Assembly (NCBI RefSeq): GCF_009914755.1
Contig: NC_060942.1
Strand: one strand, 5' to 3'
Length of the DNA: 64,000 nucleotides
Source: the human T2T-CHM13v2.0 reference genome, Homo sapiens
Under the pieces are notes generated by a model. That model did not search any database, was not told the DNA's origin, and saw nothing but the letters and a program-made list of their open reading frames with translations. Both the position numbers and the translations under genes were made by a program. Below are positions 27,547-41,500 of this stretch, piece by piece (positions within the stretch are counted from its first letter, which is position 1; the number at the start of each line of letters is the position of its first letter).

Positions 27547-28434
27547 CTAACATCCAGAATTTACCAGGAACTGAAAAATATTTACAAGAAAGAGACAAAC
27601 AACCTCATCAAAAAGTGGGCAAAGGATAAGAATGGACACTTCTCAAAAGAAGATATTTATGTGGCCAAAAAAAAAAAAACACATGAAAAAGAGCTCAACA
27701 TCACTGATCATCAGAGAAATGCAAATCAAAACCAAAATGAGATACCATCTCACAATAGTCAGAATGGCGATTATTTAAAGGTCAGGAAACAATAGATGCT
27801 GGGGAGGCTGTGGAGAAATAGGAACGCTTTTACGCTGTTGGTGGGACTGCAAATTAGTTCAACCATTGTGGAAGACAGTATGGTGATTCCTCAAGGATCT
27901 GGAACCAGAAATACCATTTGACCCAGCAATCCCATTGCTGGGTAAATACCCAAAGGAATATAAATCATTCTACTATAAAGACACATGTGCAGATATATTT
28001 ACTGCAGAACTATTTAAAATAGCAAAGACATGGAATCAACCCAAATGTCCATCAACAATAGACTGGATAAAGAAAATGTGGTACATATACAACATGGAAT
28101 ACTATGCAGCCATAAAAAGGAATGAGATCATGTCCTTTGCAGGGACATGGATGAAGCTGGAAGCCATCATCCTCATCAAACTAACACAGTAACAGAACAC
28201 CAAATACCATGTGTTCTCAGTCATAAGTGGGAGTCGAACATTGAAAAAACATTAACACAGAGAGGGGAAAAACACACACCAGGGCCTTTTGCGGGTGAGG
28301 GATGAGGGGAGGGAAATTAGAGGACGGGTCAATAGCTGCAGCAAACTTTCATGGCACACGTATACCTACGTACCAAACCTGCACGTTCTGCACAGGTATC
28401 CCATTCTTTTTTAGAAGAAATAAAGAAAAAAAAA
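27545..28434 (+). mobile_element. L1PA (PA8A-like) 3' part with A-tail
   Basis: ORF2 C-terminus (TWNQPKCPS...MEYYAAIK) and 3' UTR ending ttttagaagaaataaagaaaa. Confidence 0.95.
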
Positions 28435-29054
28435 GAATTATTCAGAAACTCAAAAATATGTTAAAAACACAAATTATCATAATAAAGTTAAATATTTGAA
28501 AAATCAGATTAATTTAATAATTTTGGTTTAAAACATTTTAGTTGATTTTTTATCTAAGTTGTCAATGATAAACATAATGTAAACATACATTTCCTTTTTA
28601 AGACTTAACAAGACTAGTTTTCTGAAATTCCTAAGCAATGCAGGTTTACTGATGAAATAAGCTAACATACTTTTATGTGATGTTTAAGATTATAAGAAAT
28701 ATAGTGGGTTAAACAAAATTGATTTATTTTTCAGATCAACTTTTTTTTATGTCAACAGAAAAATACTTGGATAACTTTAAACCCTGAATTAATATATAAT
28801 GGACTTAACTGGTGGAAAATCATTGAATGCCTAGATAAAATCTAAGTAATCTGTATTGCTAAAGCTGATTACTAAGCATAATTATAATTCTTTCTACGTT
28901 TTATTTTTATTTTTATATGATATAGAGAAGTGGCCTTCATTTTAGTTCATGCTAATGAATGTTTTCATTTTTTTGGCCATTTTAAGAGGTGTAACAGGAA
29001 TGTTCATGCCTGTAAGAAAAAATATTTCAATTTGTATAAGGTATAATAATGCAA

Positions 29055-29325
29055 GATAAAGCTCTAAAGATTTGCTACATGACATAATGACTATAGTTAA
29101 CAATACATTCATGTGCACCTAAAATGTTATTAAAAGAGTGATTCTCATATTGTGTTTTTAGCATGCACAAATAAAAAAAAGACTCAAGAAAATTTTTGGA
29201 TGTAATGGCTGTCTGTTACATTGATTATGGTGATGACTTCACAGGTGTATGCAGATGTCTGAACTCATCAAATTGTATGCAATTAATATGTTCAGTTTTG
29301 TATATCAATTGCACATCAATAAAGA
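29055..29325 (+). mobile_element. L1MB 3' end fragment
   Basis: gactatagttaacaata, ttgattatggtgatg and aactcatcaaattgta. Confidence 0.75.
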
Positions 29326-31912
29326 AGTTGTGACATTTGTATTTATGACCTCTGTGAGTCTGCAAAAATACTTTTGTATAACAGAGTTCTCATTGATCTG
29401 TTTTCTGATTTTGTCTATGAAATAGAAGTTAGTTATTTTAGGTAAAAAATATAATTAATATGTTTGATAAAGACTATACTAGGAGCCATAGTGACAGTGG
29501 ATTATAACTGTGTGGTTTTTTAAAAAAAATTAAGGAAAGAAGGACTAGTTTCATCCAAAAGTAAAGTCTCAATTTTTTTCAGAACATGACAGAGCATGGC
29601 AAAAAGCACAAAACATGAGAACAATGAATTTTAATTTCCATAGTTTATAATACTAAGTCATAGAAAGTCATAAAATAAGCAGTGGAATGTGTTAAAATCT
29701 TGTCAAAGTTTTTCAGATTGGGTGAGCTTCCTGATTAAATTCTCTGCCTTGTATGTAAACTGTCTAGAAAGCAGCAATTCTATATATTACCAGAATAATT
29801 TTCTGAATTTATATTAACTTTATCATGTTCTTGATTATTACAAAATGCAAGGGATAAAGCTTTACGTATAAAAGATCGAAACTGCTTTAGTAGAATTCCT
29901 TATGTTTCTATGTTTATTTTAAAATATCTTATTGTCACTGATTAAATAAGTATTATTTCTCAGGCACTCATAATAATATCTTAATTATGTACACCTCTTT
30001 GGACAAAATTGTTTTATTAAAAACATATCTTAAATTTAAAAAACAGTTTGCAAAATTATATCTTAAATTTAGAAAAACTAAAATAACATTTCAAGATATC
30101 TTTTATAGTTAAAGTAAGACCACTGAAAAATTACAACTGTTTGTTATTTCACCATCTAAAAAGAGATGAGAAATAATTAAACGTTTGCTATGCTTCCTGT
30201 TTTTTTAAATTGGTTCCTCATGATTGTCAGAGATATGTGGATAGACTTTTAAAATCAGTATAGAAACTCAGTTCTCTGTAAGTTAAGTTTGTCTATGTAA
30301 AATGATATTAATGTAAGTATTTCAGAAGGAAGACACTTTGTGAGAATACCCTGGATTTTTACAATTTTCTAGATGTCCATAACATGTTTTTACCTTCAGG
30401 GAAAAGCTGATCAAACTTGTATGTAATAGCTATCTTATTCTTCTCCATTTTATATTACTCTTAGTGTAATAAGTTGTACACTATCAACTACTTTTGTTAT
30501 CTTAAAGTTGTTTTTATTTTATTCTGATGCTTGCCTGCAGAGTCTGCTATTATGGTACAGTCCATAGTTGGTATCTACAAAGTAGAACAGTCTCAGAATA
30601 TCATGGAAAGGTCTATAACGGGTACTTTGAATTGTTAATATTTCAGAGAATTATGCCGTTATGAATGACATCATGCAGACCAATTTTAGTCCATATTAGT
30701 GAACAGAATGAGACTTTTCAGAACTGTTTTAAGGTGGAAATAAATGACTTCATGAAAGCAGGCTGTGGACATATGAGCCATTGGGACAAGAAATAATTAC
30801 ATAGGATGACATTAAAATAAGAGAAATTTTACTATGCTTTAAAATATGTTGATATTATTTTAATAATCTGTTTATTTGTGTGTGCGTATATATATATATA
30901 ACCTAAATGTATTAGACACAAGATTTATAAAGAAAGTGAAATACTTTAAACTTCTTGCTGAGTCTCATTACTTCTTGTGGCAACACTGTTAAGTAGGTTC
31001 AATAAGAAACTGTTCTCTCTTTTACTAGGACATACTTGGAAAAATTCAGTTTGCAAAAAAGCCATACCTGGAGTATTGCATTTGATAATGATTATTCTTT
31101 AATCAGGTGTGACAAATTACTATTAAGTAGCAAGGATTGACTTTATATAGGGACCTAATATCTAGAAAATCCTCCCAAGAATATTAGCCTGGTACCTGGC
31201 TTATAGGTGCTATGTCTGTAAATGGGGAGAAAAATAAATTTTTGAGGATAAGAAACCTTAGCAAATTTTTAGAACCTCAAAAGGAGGATGAATTCACCCA
31301 TACTTATAGGTGCTGCTGGTAACGTTTTAAGGAAAGAGGTTTTGGTCTCAATTTTCTAGACTTGGAATCTCAAATAATAGAGGACTCTAAAAGTTCAACC
31401 AAAATGCTTCAGGAAAGCTTCCAGAGAGAAGTTGATTTTATAGCCTTAGTATTTGTTCAAAACTGTGTGGCTCTATATTTGCAAAGCAAACTTAAGGAGG
31501 ACTAATTAAAAACAGTGTTGTTGCCAGTATATAAATAATCAGGTTAATTGAGATATTTATCAAGACAGGTTTTTGCATGTAGGAGAAGAATGGCATTCCA
31601 TAACCAAATGAGCATTCAGAGACAGGCAAGGACAATTTACAATTAGTTAAGTGACTGAAGTTAAATTTGTAAAAATATCCTTCAATGTTTAATAATAATT
31701 ACGTTAGAAATGAAATGGAAGACTGGACGTAAATATTCAATAATCATTCCAGAAAATAAATAAAAATGAGAACCAATAAATCCATGTCTTTGTGATATTT
31801 CATTATACCTAAGATAATGAGTGAAACCTAAATACTTCCAGAAAAAAAGTTAAATAAGCATTAAACATGTCACCTAAAAATTGTTGGAAATTAGAATGTT
31901 ATCACACTTCTT

Positions 31913-32295
<383 letters not shown>

Positions 32296-32501
32296 TCAGA
32301 TGTGGTCAAAGTATCGATCAAGTGTGAAGGTTGAATAAGTAATTTTATCTTATGTATGTTCACAAAAATGTCACTTCCCATCAATTGGTTTTGGAGGCTA
32401 TGGAAGCAAGTGTTGCATGAAAATGAGAAAGGTATTTAAACAATATTAAATAAAATATAGGAAAGATACAGAATACAGTAAAGATACCAACTACCAAAAA
32501 A

Positions 32502-32532
<31 letters not shown>

Positions 32533-35429
32533 TCCAGGCAGGTGATGTATTTTGTGTGGAGGGTAGATGAGACCTAAAACAGAAAAACCATTAATTGCAC
32601 ACACTAACTTTAGATTTTAATATGTTGATAAAAAGGAACAAGAACCAACCAGTTTTAGGAGAATGGTTGCCTTGGGAGAGTGGAAAACAGTTCTTTAGAA
32701 TGATTGAGAAGAGAGCTGGTAGTATCAGATCACATTTAAAACCTTATACAAGCATTACTGTGCTAAGAAAATAAAATATATAATTTTCATACCGCAAAAT
32801 TCTTGCAACTAAAAAAAAAAACCTCTTACAATGAGTAATGAGAAAAGAATCACCCAAAAGAATAATGAGAAAAGAATATAATCTAGAGAAAAACAAGAAA
32901 TAGATAAGAGCTTGTATAAAAGACACTGAATTTTACTAGCAATAAAGATGGATGAGTAGTGAATTTTGAATTCTCTGATATGCTTATCATTTATTTGGGT
33001 AGGAATATAAGTTTGTAGAACTACTGTGGAAGTCAGAAATAACATTTTACTTCTTATAAATGTATGTATAATCATAATCAGAAAAATACTCAGCCTATTG
33101 AAGAATATTACCCTCTACTTGATTTTCATAGATGATAAACAGTGAAAATATTTATAATTCAAATGAGTGAATACTGGAAAAGCCCTTAGAAAATGATCTG
33201 GCACATAATAAGCAGTAAATAGGTGTGGGATACTGTCATTATTGTCATTATAATCATAGAACTATTTATTTAAATTACAATCTAATAGTAAAATAAATTA
33301 CAGTAATTTGAATGGATAATGTTCATTCCTAGTTATGAAAATAGAGGTATTTCCACAGTGTGTTGAGACTGAAGATTTAAAAGATCATTCATTATTTCAT
33401 ATTGTATGTCTTATGTATGTGTGTTTACAAACACATTGGTGAAAATTATTACAAAAGGGGCTATTCGGAGATACTTTTATATTCCCTCTTAGTTATTTTT
33501 CAAATTCTTCAAAGTTTTCCACTGGTGACATTTTAACACCTTAAAGAAAACAGTGACAGTGGATGGGAAATAGCCATGCAAAATTTAAAAGGTGATAAAT
33601 AAGTTTAAAAACAAAAAAGATTTGCAAGGAATTGCAGTTGACTTAATAATGGGGAAGTAGTTTTCTTTTGCAACATCTAAGCTGTAAGTTAGTTTTGATT
33701 ATACTCCCAACTTGTTTTCCATGATAGATACTGATATGTCATTTTTTTCTTGAACATAATCCATTTATAAACTTGTTTTCAAGTGTGAGAATGCAAGAGG
33801 TACATTAGTTTTATGACAGGAAAATCACATAGGAAGAATATGGAAAACCCAATATTTTTCTATCAGTCTTGATTGCAAAAATAAGTTTAGCAAGACTATT
33901 TGTTCTTTAGTGCTATTTAAGTATGAGTACTTCAGAACCCAACCCCTCTGGCACCCCCCTTCCAAAATGGTTATCGTGTTGGCAATGAACATGGCAATTA
34001 TTCAGGACTGGAAAAAAAACAAACAAACTGAGAGTGCTTTGCCACAAATGTATTTCACAACTTTAAGGGGGAAAAAATCTCTTCAATTAAAGAGCACTAT
34101 TTTAACAGAAGGGTGTATTTATTTAGATTTTTAAAAATCGTAACCTTTGAATAATCACTTGTTACTGAATGTCTTAGCACAGGTGTTCAGGTTTTCCATA
34201 TAAATGATTTGTCAAGAGTAATTGGTGGGTTATGTTGCCTTAAAAAAGGTGGTTATTTCTTTGGTGAATGGAAGAGGAGGGATGTGTGGGTAGTTTTATG
34301 TTCTCAGTAAGTTAGGTGAAGAAATGCCATCCATAAATTAAGTAATTTTTGAGTATATTCATAACTCAAATTTTAAATTAAATAGATGCTGTTATTTAAT
34401 TTTGCAGTTGCTTCATGAGAAAGTTGTTTTAGGTTTTTAAAGCTATAATGAAGCCCTTGCGTGAAATCCAAACTGATTTAAAATGAAAGAGGAATCTTTC
34501 ATAGTGACTGCAATTTTTATGTCTTTCATTCATTAAATCTAGTTTGCAACTAAGGAAAGTATCTAAAAAAAGGTATCTGTTGTGTGTTTGTCAGACTGGT
34601 TTGACCTAAGTACATTCTTGTGTACTGGGTCTATAATTTATAAGCATTTTATTCTCTGCCATTTATGGACCTTATGAATTGGCCTCATATGATTTAAATT
34701 CAGAAGTCTCTAAAACCTGTGATAACTTCTTTTCTAATTGTACTTCTTTTACTTCAACCTATAATAGAATTGTGATATAGCAAGATATTTATTAGAGTGG
34801 AGCAAATTAAAATTCTTATTTTATACTTCACATATACCCAAAATCAACTCTAGTACACAAAATGTTACTGTGAACCCATATATATTTTTTTTTATAAAAT
34901 AAAGGAAGTTATTGAGTTCTGTGTGAAAAACAGAAGGTATGAGCTCAACATGCAATAGGCCTATAGATGAACAAATACTGTACCACAATTTTATTTAGGA
35001 ACAGTAATGTAAGGTGTTTTCTTGTCAGTATTTTTTCTTTTCTGTGAATTTTTCAGCACAAATTCCAAACTATTGTTTGTACTCATGTTCTTATCTGTAT
35101 ACTGCTTTCTTCAAATGATAGAATCAGCCACTAAATTAAATCATCAGTGTTCTGACAGATAAATTCAGTTATAATCACTTAAATTGGAAAATGTGTCTAA
35201 AGATTTCTTACATCCATCATATTCATTAACTCCAGTCTCACAGATACATATCACATTAATATTAATTCTTCAATTATCAGAGCAATGAGAAGTAAATCTC
35301 TCCATTTATGAATTCATTCAAGAGAAGTATTTCTCTATCTCTTTTCTCTCTCCCCTTCCTCTCTCTTTCTTCATTGTCCTTCCTCTCTCATTTTCTTTCA
35401 ACTTGACACCCTTTGTTCAAATGCAAGAT

Positions 35430-35706
35430 TTTATTTATTTATTTTTGTGACAGCATCTTGCTCTGTTGCCCGGCTGTAGTGCATTGGCATGGTCGGGGCT
35501 CATGGTCAAGGAATCCTCTGCCACAGCCTACCAAGTAGCTGGGACCACAGGTGCATGCCACCACACCTGGCTAATTTTTGAATTATCTGTGGAGATAAGG
35601 TCTCTCTATGTTGCCCAGGCTGGTCCCGAACTTCTGAGTTCAGGTGATCCTCCTGCCTCAGTCTCCAAAAGTGCTGAGATTATAGGTGTGAGACACTGTG
35701 CCTGGC
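35430..35706 (-). mobile_element. AluJ, diverged, with an internal deletion
   Basis: Reverse Alu with J-type tatgttgcccaggctggtc and gatcctcctgcctcag. Confidence 0.88.
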
Positions 35707-36874
35707 AAGTTTATTTTTAAGACTACATAAAAATATAAAAATGGAACTTAGATGGTCAAAACACACATAGGAGCCAAATCCCTGTTCGTCTCCCTTTTCT
35801 CAACATCTTATTGCAAATCTCAGAGAAAGATTTCTTGGGAACTCCTTGAATTCAAATTCACGGATATAGGACTTATCAAAAAGATTTAATGAGGAATAGA
35901 AAAGAGTTAACACACTTGTTTCACATTTTATTTTTCTTTCAGAAATTTGGACCGAGCACTGATTTGGAAATAGCATAATTTAAAAACACTTTATTTTAAA
36001 AATCTATACATGTGAAGGGTATAAATGTAAAAATATGATTAAGGACAAACAAATTAAGCTCTTTATAAAAATGAATGAATTATTTATAATTTTAAAAATA
36101 CAAACAGTGCTATTTTCGTATTAAAAGGAGGTGTTTGACCATTTGGAATAGATCTTCAGTCTCATATATATAGACAGACATGATTTAACCATTCTACTTA
36201 ATGAGTTTTGGATTTTAGGGTAGTGAAAAGGTGGTATGCATTTCTAAAGCTCCTCGACTCATAGCAAGGTTACCTTAGAATAAAACCATTGTAATTTTTA
36301 AATGTTGTAAATGGAAAATGCACTTTAGACTTGTGATATTTTCAATTTAATGTAAGTCTCTCAGGACATAACCTTGTGGTAGTTCAAGGAGCATCTGTAC
36401 AAATATATATGTTTGTACAAATATATCTGTACAAATATACATATGTATTTATATATGCAAGTATATATTTAAATAAAATATCTCTAGCCAAATATATAAA
36501 ATCTAATTTTTGCTGCCTGTGTTTTACACAATATAATTTAGTGAAAAGCAACTTACACGTTTACGTGGAAAATTATCTGTCAAAAATGTTGCTTCTCTGC
36601 AACATATGGACATGGGAAAGTCTTCATGGTTAGTTTACTAAAAATTAATTGCTGAATGGAAACTCTACTTCACTTTACATGTAAATAAATACTACAAAAA
36701 TGACCTCTGGTATTTTGTATCCTTATATATTTTCACAAAGAGTGCAAATACTGTAAATAAACTTTCCTTAATTTTCTATTGTCATTGATCCTAGTGATTC
36801 ATTGGAGTTCTCCATGTTTTGTAGATATTAATCCAGATATATCACAGATGTTTTCTCCCAAGTCATCATTTATA

Positions 36875-36954
36875 TTAGGTTGGTGCAAAAGTAATCGCGG
36901 CTTTTGCCATTGAAACTAATGGCAAAACCTGCGATTACTTTTGCACCAACCTAA
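36875..36954. mobile_element. Full-length MADE1 (Hsmar1-derived MITE)
   Basis: 80-bp palindrome TTAGGTTGGTGCAAAAGTAAT...ATTACTTTTGCACCAACCTAA with a TA TSD on both sides. Confidence 0.97.
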
Positions 36955-37504
36955 TATTTGCACTCTGCCTGGTATATTTTATCATATATGTGATTTTTAA
37001 AATAATATGATTAAATCTATTAATGTTTAATTTTTTGTTTTAGTATACTAGTTTTTGTTTTAAAAGACCTTTACTTTCTAAAAGCTCTCTTTCTCTCTCC
37101 ATATATACATATTTAATGTTATTATAAATATATCTTATTCTACCTCAACATTTTAAGTGAATAATCATACATTCTCTTTCTATACTTTATAATTTGGCTT
37201 TTGCAGTTATTTATTTGAAATATTTGGGTTTTTTGTTTGTAATTTTTCTAATGAATAGGCATTTAAATTAGGTTTATTTTCTCCGTTTTCCCATTTTTGT
37301 TATTATATTAAAAGTTTCTTTATTATTTCACAAAATTAAATATCATCTACATATATTATAACCAAACATAGATTTGGTTCTGATCTAGTTGTCTCTATTT
37401 TCATCAGTTTGTTTATTTATCACTGCCCCAGTGCCATAGTTTTACAATACATTTTATCATCTAGTGGAGAAACCTCTGACATTCTTTAAAAACTTCTAAT
37501 GCCA

Positions 37505-38062
37505 GGTATATACCCCGAAGATTTTAAAACAGATTGAAATACATGTGGGTGCATGTTCATATTCCAAATATTCATATTCCAACTAAAAAGTAGAAACAAC
37601 TCAAACATCCATCACTATATGAATAGATAAGCAAAATGTCATATATATACACACACATACACACACACACACACACACATATATATATGTATATGCACAA
37701 TGGGACACTCTTCAGGCATAAAAAGGAACTAAGTAATGATATATTTTACAATGTGGATAAACCTTGAAACATGCTAAGTGAAAGAAACTAGACACAGAAG
37801 GTCAGATCCTGTTTATATGAGATATTTAGAATAGGTAAATCCATAGAGGCAGAAAGCAGATTGGTAGTTCCTCGGGGGATGGGAAGAAAAGAACAGGGGA
37901 TAACAATTTACTATGTATGGGTTTTTATTTTAGAGTGATGAAAGTGTTTTGACACTAGACAGAGGTAGTGATGGCACACATTGTAATGAAGCACATCTTA
38001 ACGAATTGTTCACTTTTTTTCTTTATTTTTCTCCTTTGTGAATTTCGGGTACTTTAAAAAAA
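37505..38062 (+). mobile_element. L1MB (MB7/8-like) 3' end containing a (CA)n tract
   Basis: aaccttgaaacatgctaagtgaaag and aatccatagaggcagaaagcagatt. TSD-like aaaacttctaatgcca / aaagcttccaatgcca. Confidence 0.85.
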
Positions 38063-39619
38063 AAAGCTTCCAATGCCAAAATATCTATATCATCTTTTCC
38101 AGATTTATATCCCATTTTCTGTATTGATTTACATTAAAAATCCTATTGAGATTTTCATTATCACATTATATTCATAGTTTGAAAGGTGTAGATTAATTGT
38201 AACATTGAAAGTTTCTAAATAGCAACATAGGATAACATATATAGTTACTTAATTTCTGGTGTCTCCTTCAGAAAAGTTTTACAAACATATGTTGCTCAGT
38301 TATTTTTGGGTTTACTATAAACCATTTCATATCATTCTGAATGTCATTTTTCTCCTATTTTCTACACAGTTATTGCTAGTGAGCAGGAAAATTACTGATT
38401 TTAATTATTTATCTTGTACCTGACCATCTTGTTGATTGTTCTTCTTATATCTAATAATTTGCCCCTTGATTCTAATGAGTTTTCTATATATTTGATCACA
38501 TACACAAACGCATCATCTAAGGTTAATGATAGTTACTCTCCTGTTTTGTATACGCATGAAAATTTTGTTTTCAATTTGTGTTTTCCTCTTCATTGGCTGA
38601 AACAGTCAGTACCATTCTGAATGCGACTGTGGTTAATAGATATCCTATTTATGTTTTTGACTTTGAAGGTATTGCTTCTAATGCTTTACTCACTGTGCAA
38701 TCATTGTTCTAAGTTTCTTGCCCAGAAGTTTTTATTTTCATGAAGCTAGTGAAGCTTAAGCTTTAGAACCTATTCATTAACACTCTTTTCCGAAGGCTTT
38801 AGTACTAATTTTCTGTTCCTAATTCTGTTATTTTGTATAAAGACATTCTGTTGCTCAGCTCATATAAGCTTCTGGTGTGTGGGGTGTGTGTGATTGTTCA
38901 CAACTGCTTCTTAAATCACATGTCCTTGTAGATTTCAGTTTTGCTTTTTCAATGTACATTTCACAATTTGACTTCATATTACTGTTTCAAGATGATAAAT
39001 GTTCTGACAAAGCTTCATTTCTCTTTTCCTTTCTTAAAGCATTGAAAACCCTTCTTCATCCTTGTTTACTCTGTTGCTGCTCAGAAAGAAAATATGAAAC
39101 TTCTATCACAAGTATTAGAGATATTATCTCGTGTTTTCTAGACTAGAAATTTTAGCTTTTCCCTTTGTCCACACATTGCTTCTGAGTAAGGTGTGCTTAT
39201 TTTTTCTGGTCATTCTATTCTCATGTGATATGTTTTTTTTTCCAATGACGGTGCCTACATTCTTCAGTTGTGGTACATTTTCTTCAATTAAATTGAATTA
39301 TTCTCTTATTTTTAGATTTTTTAAATATCAGAAATTCTGAATTTTGTTTCCATGTTTCCTATCTTAAAAAATACTTTTAAGCCCATTGTCTTTGGGCTTA
39401 AATAATAAAAATTGAGAGTCTGGGTTTCTGTTGAAATCACTTATTATATTCTATTGTTGTTCTGGTGAGCCATTCAAAACATGTAGTTTAACAATTATTT
39501 AAAATTTACAAGACTTGTTATTTATGGTGTTGGCAAGCATAATATGAAACAAAAAATAGAATGATACAACCCCTTACAATACTACATGTGCTCGGGCCAA
39601 AATATAGCATAATATGTTT

Positions 39620-40690
39620 ACCCATTCTCCTGAAGTCATACAGTTTGCTTCCATGTTTAAAGGTTTTACAAGCAATATTGTATTTAACATTATTTTACAT
39701 GTCTCCTTGTGTGTAAGTGCATTCCTCAAGAATATATATCTCAGAGGAAATTGTTGTATCTTATGGAATGTATGTTTTGCATTTACTCAGTAAGTCAAAT
39801 TGTTACTGAAAGTGATTGTTTTAATTAATTCTCCTAATTATAGAAAACAATTGTCCCTATTGCTCTACAACATTTTCAACTTTTGTCAGATTTTTTAATA
39901 TTTTGCTTCACTAATAGGTGGCAGATTATACTTCATTTTGTGTTTAATTTGCATGTTACTATTTATAAGGAAGACTACAAATATATTTTTGGTTTTTCAG
40001 GTTAATTTGTCTCTCAATATACATTAAGGTGCTTGACTCATTTTTCATTGTTTGTTTTCTTTTCGATATAGAGGAGTTTTATATAATCTTGTTGCTATGG
40101 ATTTTTTTAGATCTACCTATGCCAATATCTTCTTATAATCTCTGGCTTGTCTTTACTCCCTTAAAGCATTTAAGATAATGGCGGATGTACAGAAGTTACA
40201 ACTTTCATTGTGGCAAAATCAATATTTTCCTTAATAGTTCGTGTTTTTTATTTCTTGCTTGAGAAATTATTGTTTAAGATATATTTTCTTCTCAAAGCTT
40301 TAAAGGGATGCCTTTAATTTTCTATAATTGAATTTTGTATGATATATTAGGATTTAGTTTTATTTTTTCTGTATTTTAAAACTAACTGGTGCAGTAATTT
40401 TTGCACAGGTCTAATGCCACACTCTCTTAAATGCTACTGTTCTCAAAAAAAAAAAGTCTCACTTCATAACAAGTAAGTTTTTCTACCCATTATAATATTC
40501 ATCACTTATCTTTGCTATTGATAGTGTTTTGCTCCTTTACATTTAAGTTAAAATAGCTTGTCCTGTTTCTAGTAAAATTTTAATGAGAATTTGATTGGAA
40601 CGTATAATTGTTATTGTCATTATTATTAGGTAGAGAGACATAGCATGTTTACCATCTTTACTCCTTTTATTTTTGAACATAGGCATCCTC
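39620..40690 (-). mobile_element. Decayed L1ME-type fragment, continuing at about 41500-41880
   Basis: gaaagtgattgttttaatt, tttaatttgcat and cttgcttgagaaat. Confidence 0.5.
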
Positions 40691-40695
40691 CATGT

Positions 40696-41500
40696 ATAGC
40701 AGACCACTAGAAGGTATCCAAATCTTAACTTCTGGAAACTGTGAATATATTATATGGCAAAAGACACCTGCTGGTGTGAATAGGTTAAGTTTCTCAAGTT
40801 GGGGAGATTACCCTGTGTCTTAGTCCATTTGTGCTGTTGTATTATAGTACCACAGACTGGGTCATTTATAAAGAGTAGAAATTTGTTTCTCACAGTTCTG
40901 GAAGCTGAAAAGTCCAAGGTCAAGGTGCTGGCAGCTTAGGTTTCAGTCTCTGCTTCCAAAATGATGCCTTGAATGCCGCATCCTCCAGAGGCGAGGAACA
41001 CTACGTCCTCACCTGGCAGAAGAGTGGAAGAGAAGAACCGTGTCCTGCAAACCCTCTTTATGATGCCATTAAACATACCACTTCCCAACATTGTTGCATT
41101 GAAAATTGTTTTCAACACATGAAGTTTGCAGTACCCATTCAAACTATAGCATCCAGAATTATCAGAATGAGCCCAAAGTAATCACAAGTTATAATTGACA
41201 AAAAGAGGCAGGGGCATGAGAGAAAGAGAGGTGATGACTGAAACAGAAATCACAGTGATGGAATTTCTGATTAGGGACTGTGATACAAGGAATACAAGCA
41301 GCCTTTGTAACCTAGAAAGGGCGTGGAAGGAATTCTTCCCCCAGATACCCCAGAAGCAACACCATCCTGTGCACACCTTGATTTGAGCCTGATGAAACTC
41401 CTTTTATAGACTCGTCTTCTGAGCTGCAAGAGAATAAATTTGTTTCATAGGCCGCTAAGTTTGTGGTAATTGGTTACAGCAGCAATAGGATACTAATATA
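40696..41500 (+). mobile_element. MLT1C/D-like LTR with a nested LTR
   Basis: ggaaactgtgaatat...ggggagattaccctg, resuming at attatc...cccaaagtaatcacaag and ending gttacagcagcaatagga. Confidence 0.8.
40816..41151 (-). mobile_element. MLT1A/MST-like solo LTR
   Basis: tgtcttagtccattt...ctcacagttctggaagctg...cattcaaactatagca. Degenerate 5-bp TSD ccctg/tccag. Confidence 0.85.

Larger units (their letters stand above)
26340..31570 (+). mobile_element. Degraded ERV1 (MER4-group-like) internal sequence, interrupted by L1PA and L1MB
   Basis: MER4-group internal motifs tttttctacctcc, ggattgactttat, gcctggtacctggct and gaattcaccca. No ORF remains. Confidence 0.55.
36780..38720 (-). mobile_element. Decayed L1ME-type ORF2 remnant hosting MADE1 and L1MB insertions
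   Basis: gatattaatcc, cccagtgccatagttt, aaatcctattgagatttt and tttgactttgaagg...gcttctaatg. Confidence 0.5.

Noticed and set aside
26754-28192. ORFs of 85-158 aa with real protein-like sequence
   Set aside because: These are frameshifted L1 ORF2p fragments, not host genes.
36393-36470. Repeated tgtacaaatata with imperfect palindromy
   Set aside because: Low-complexity TA-rich slippage product.
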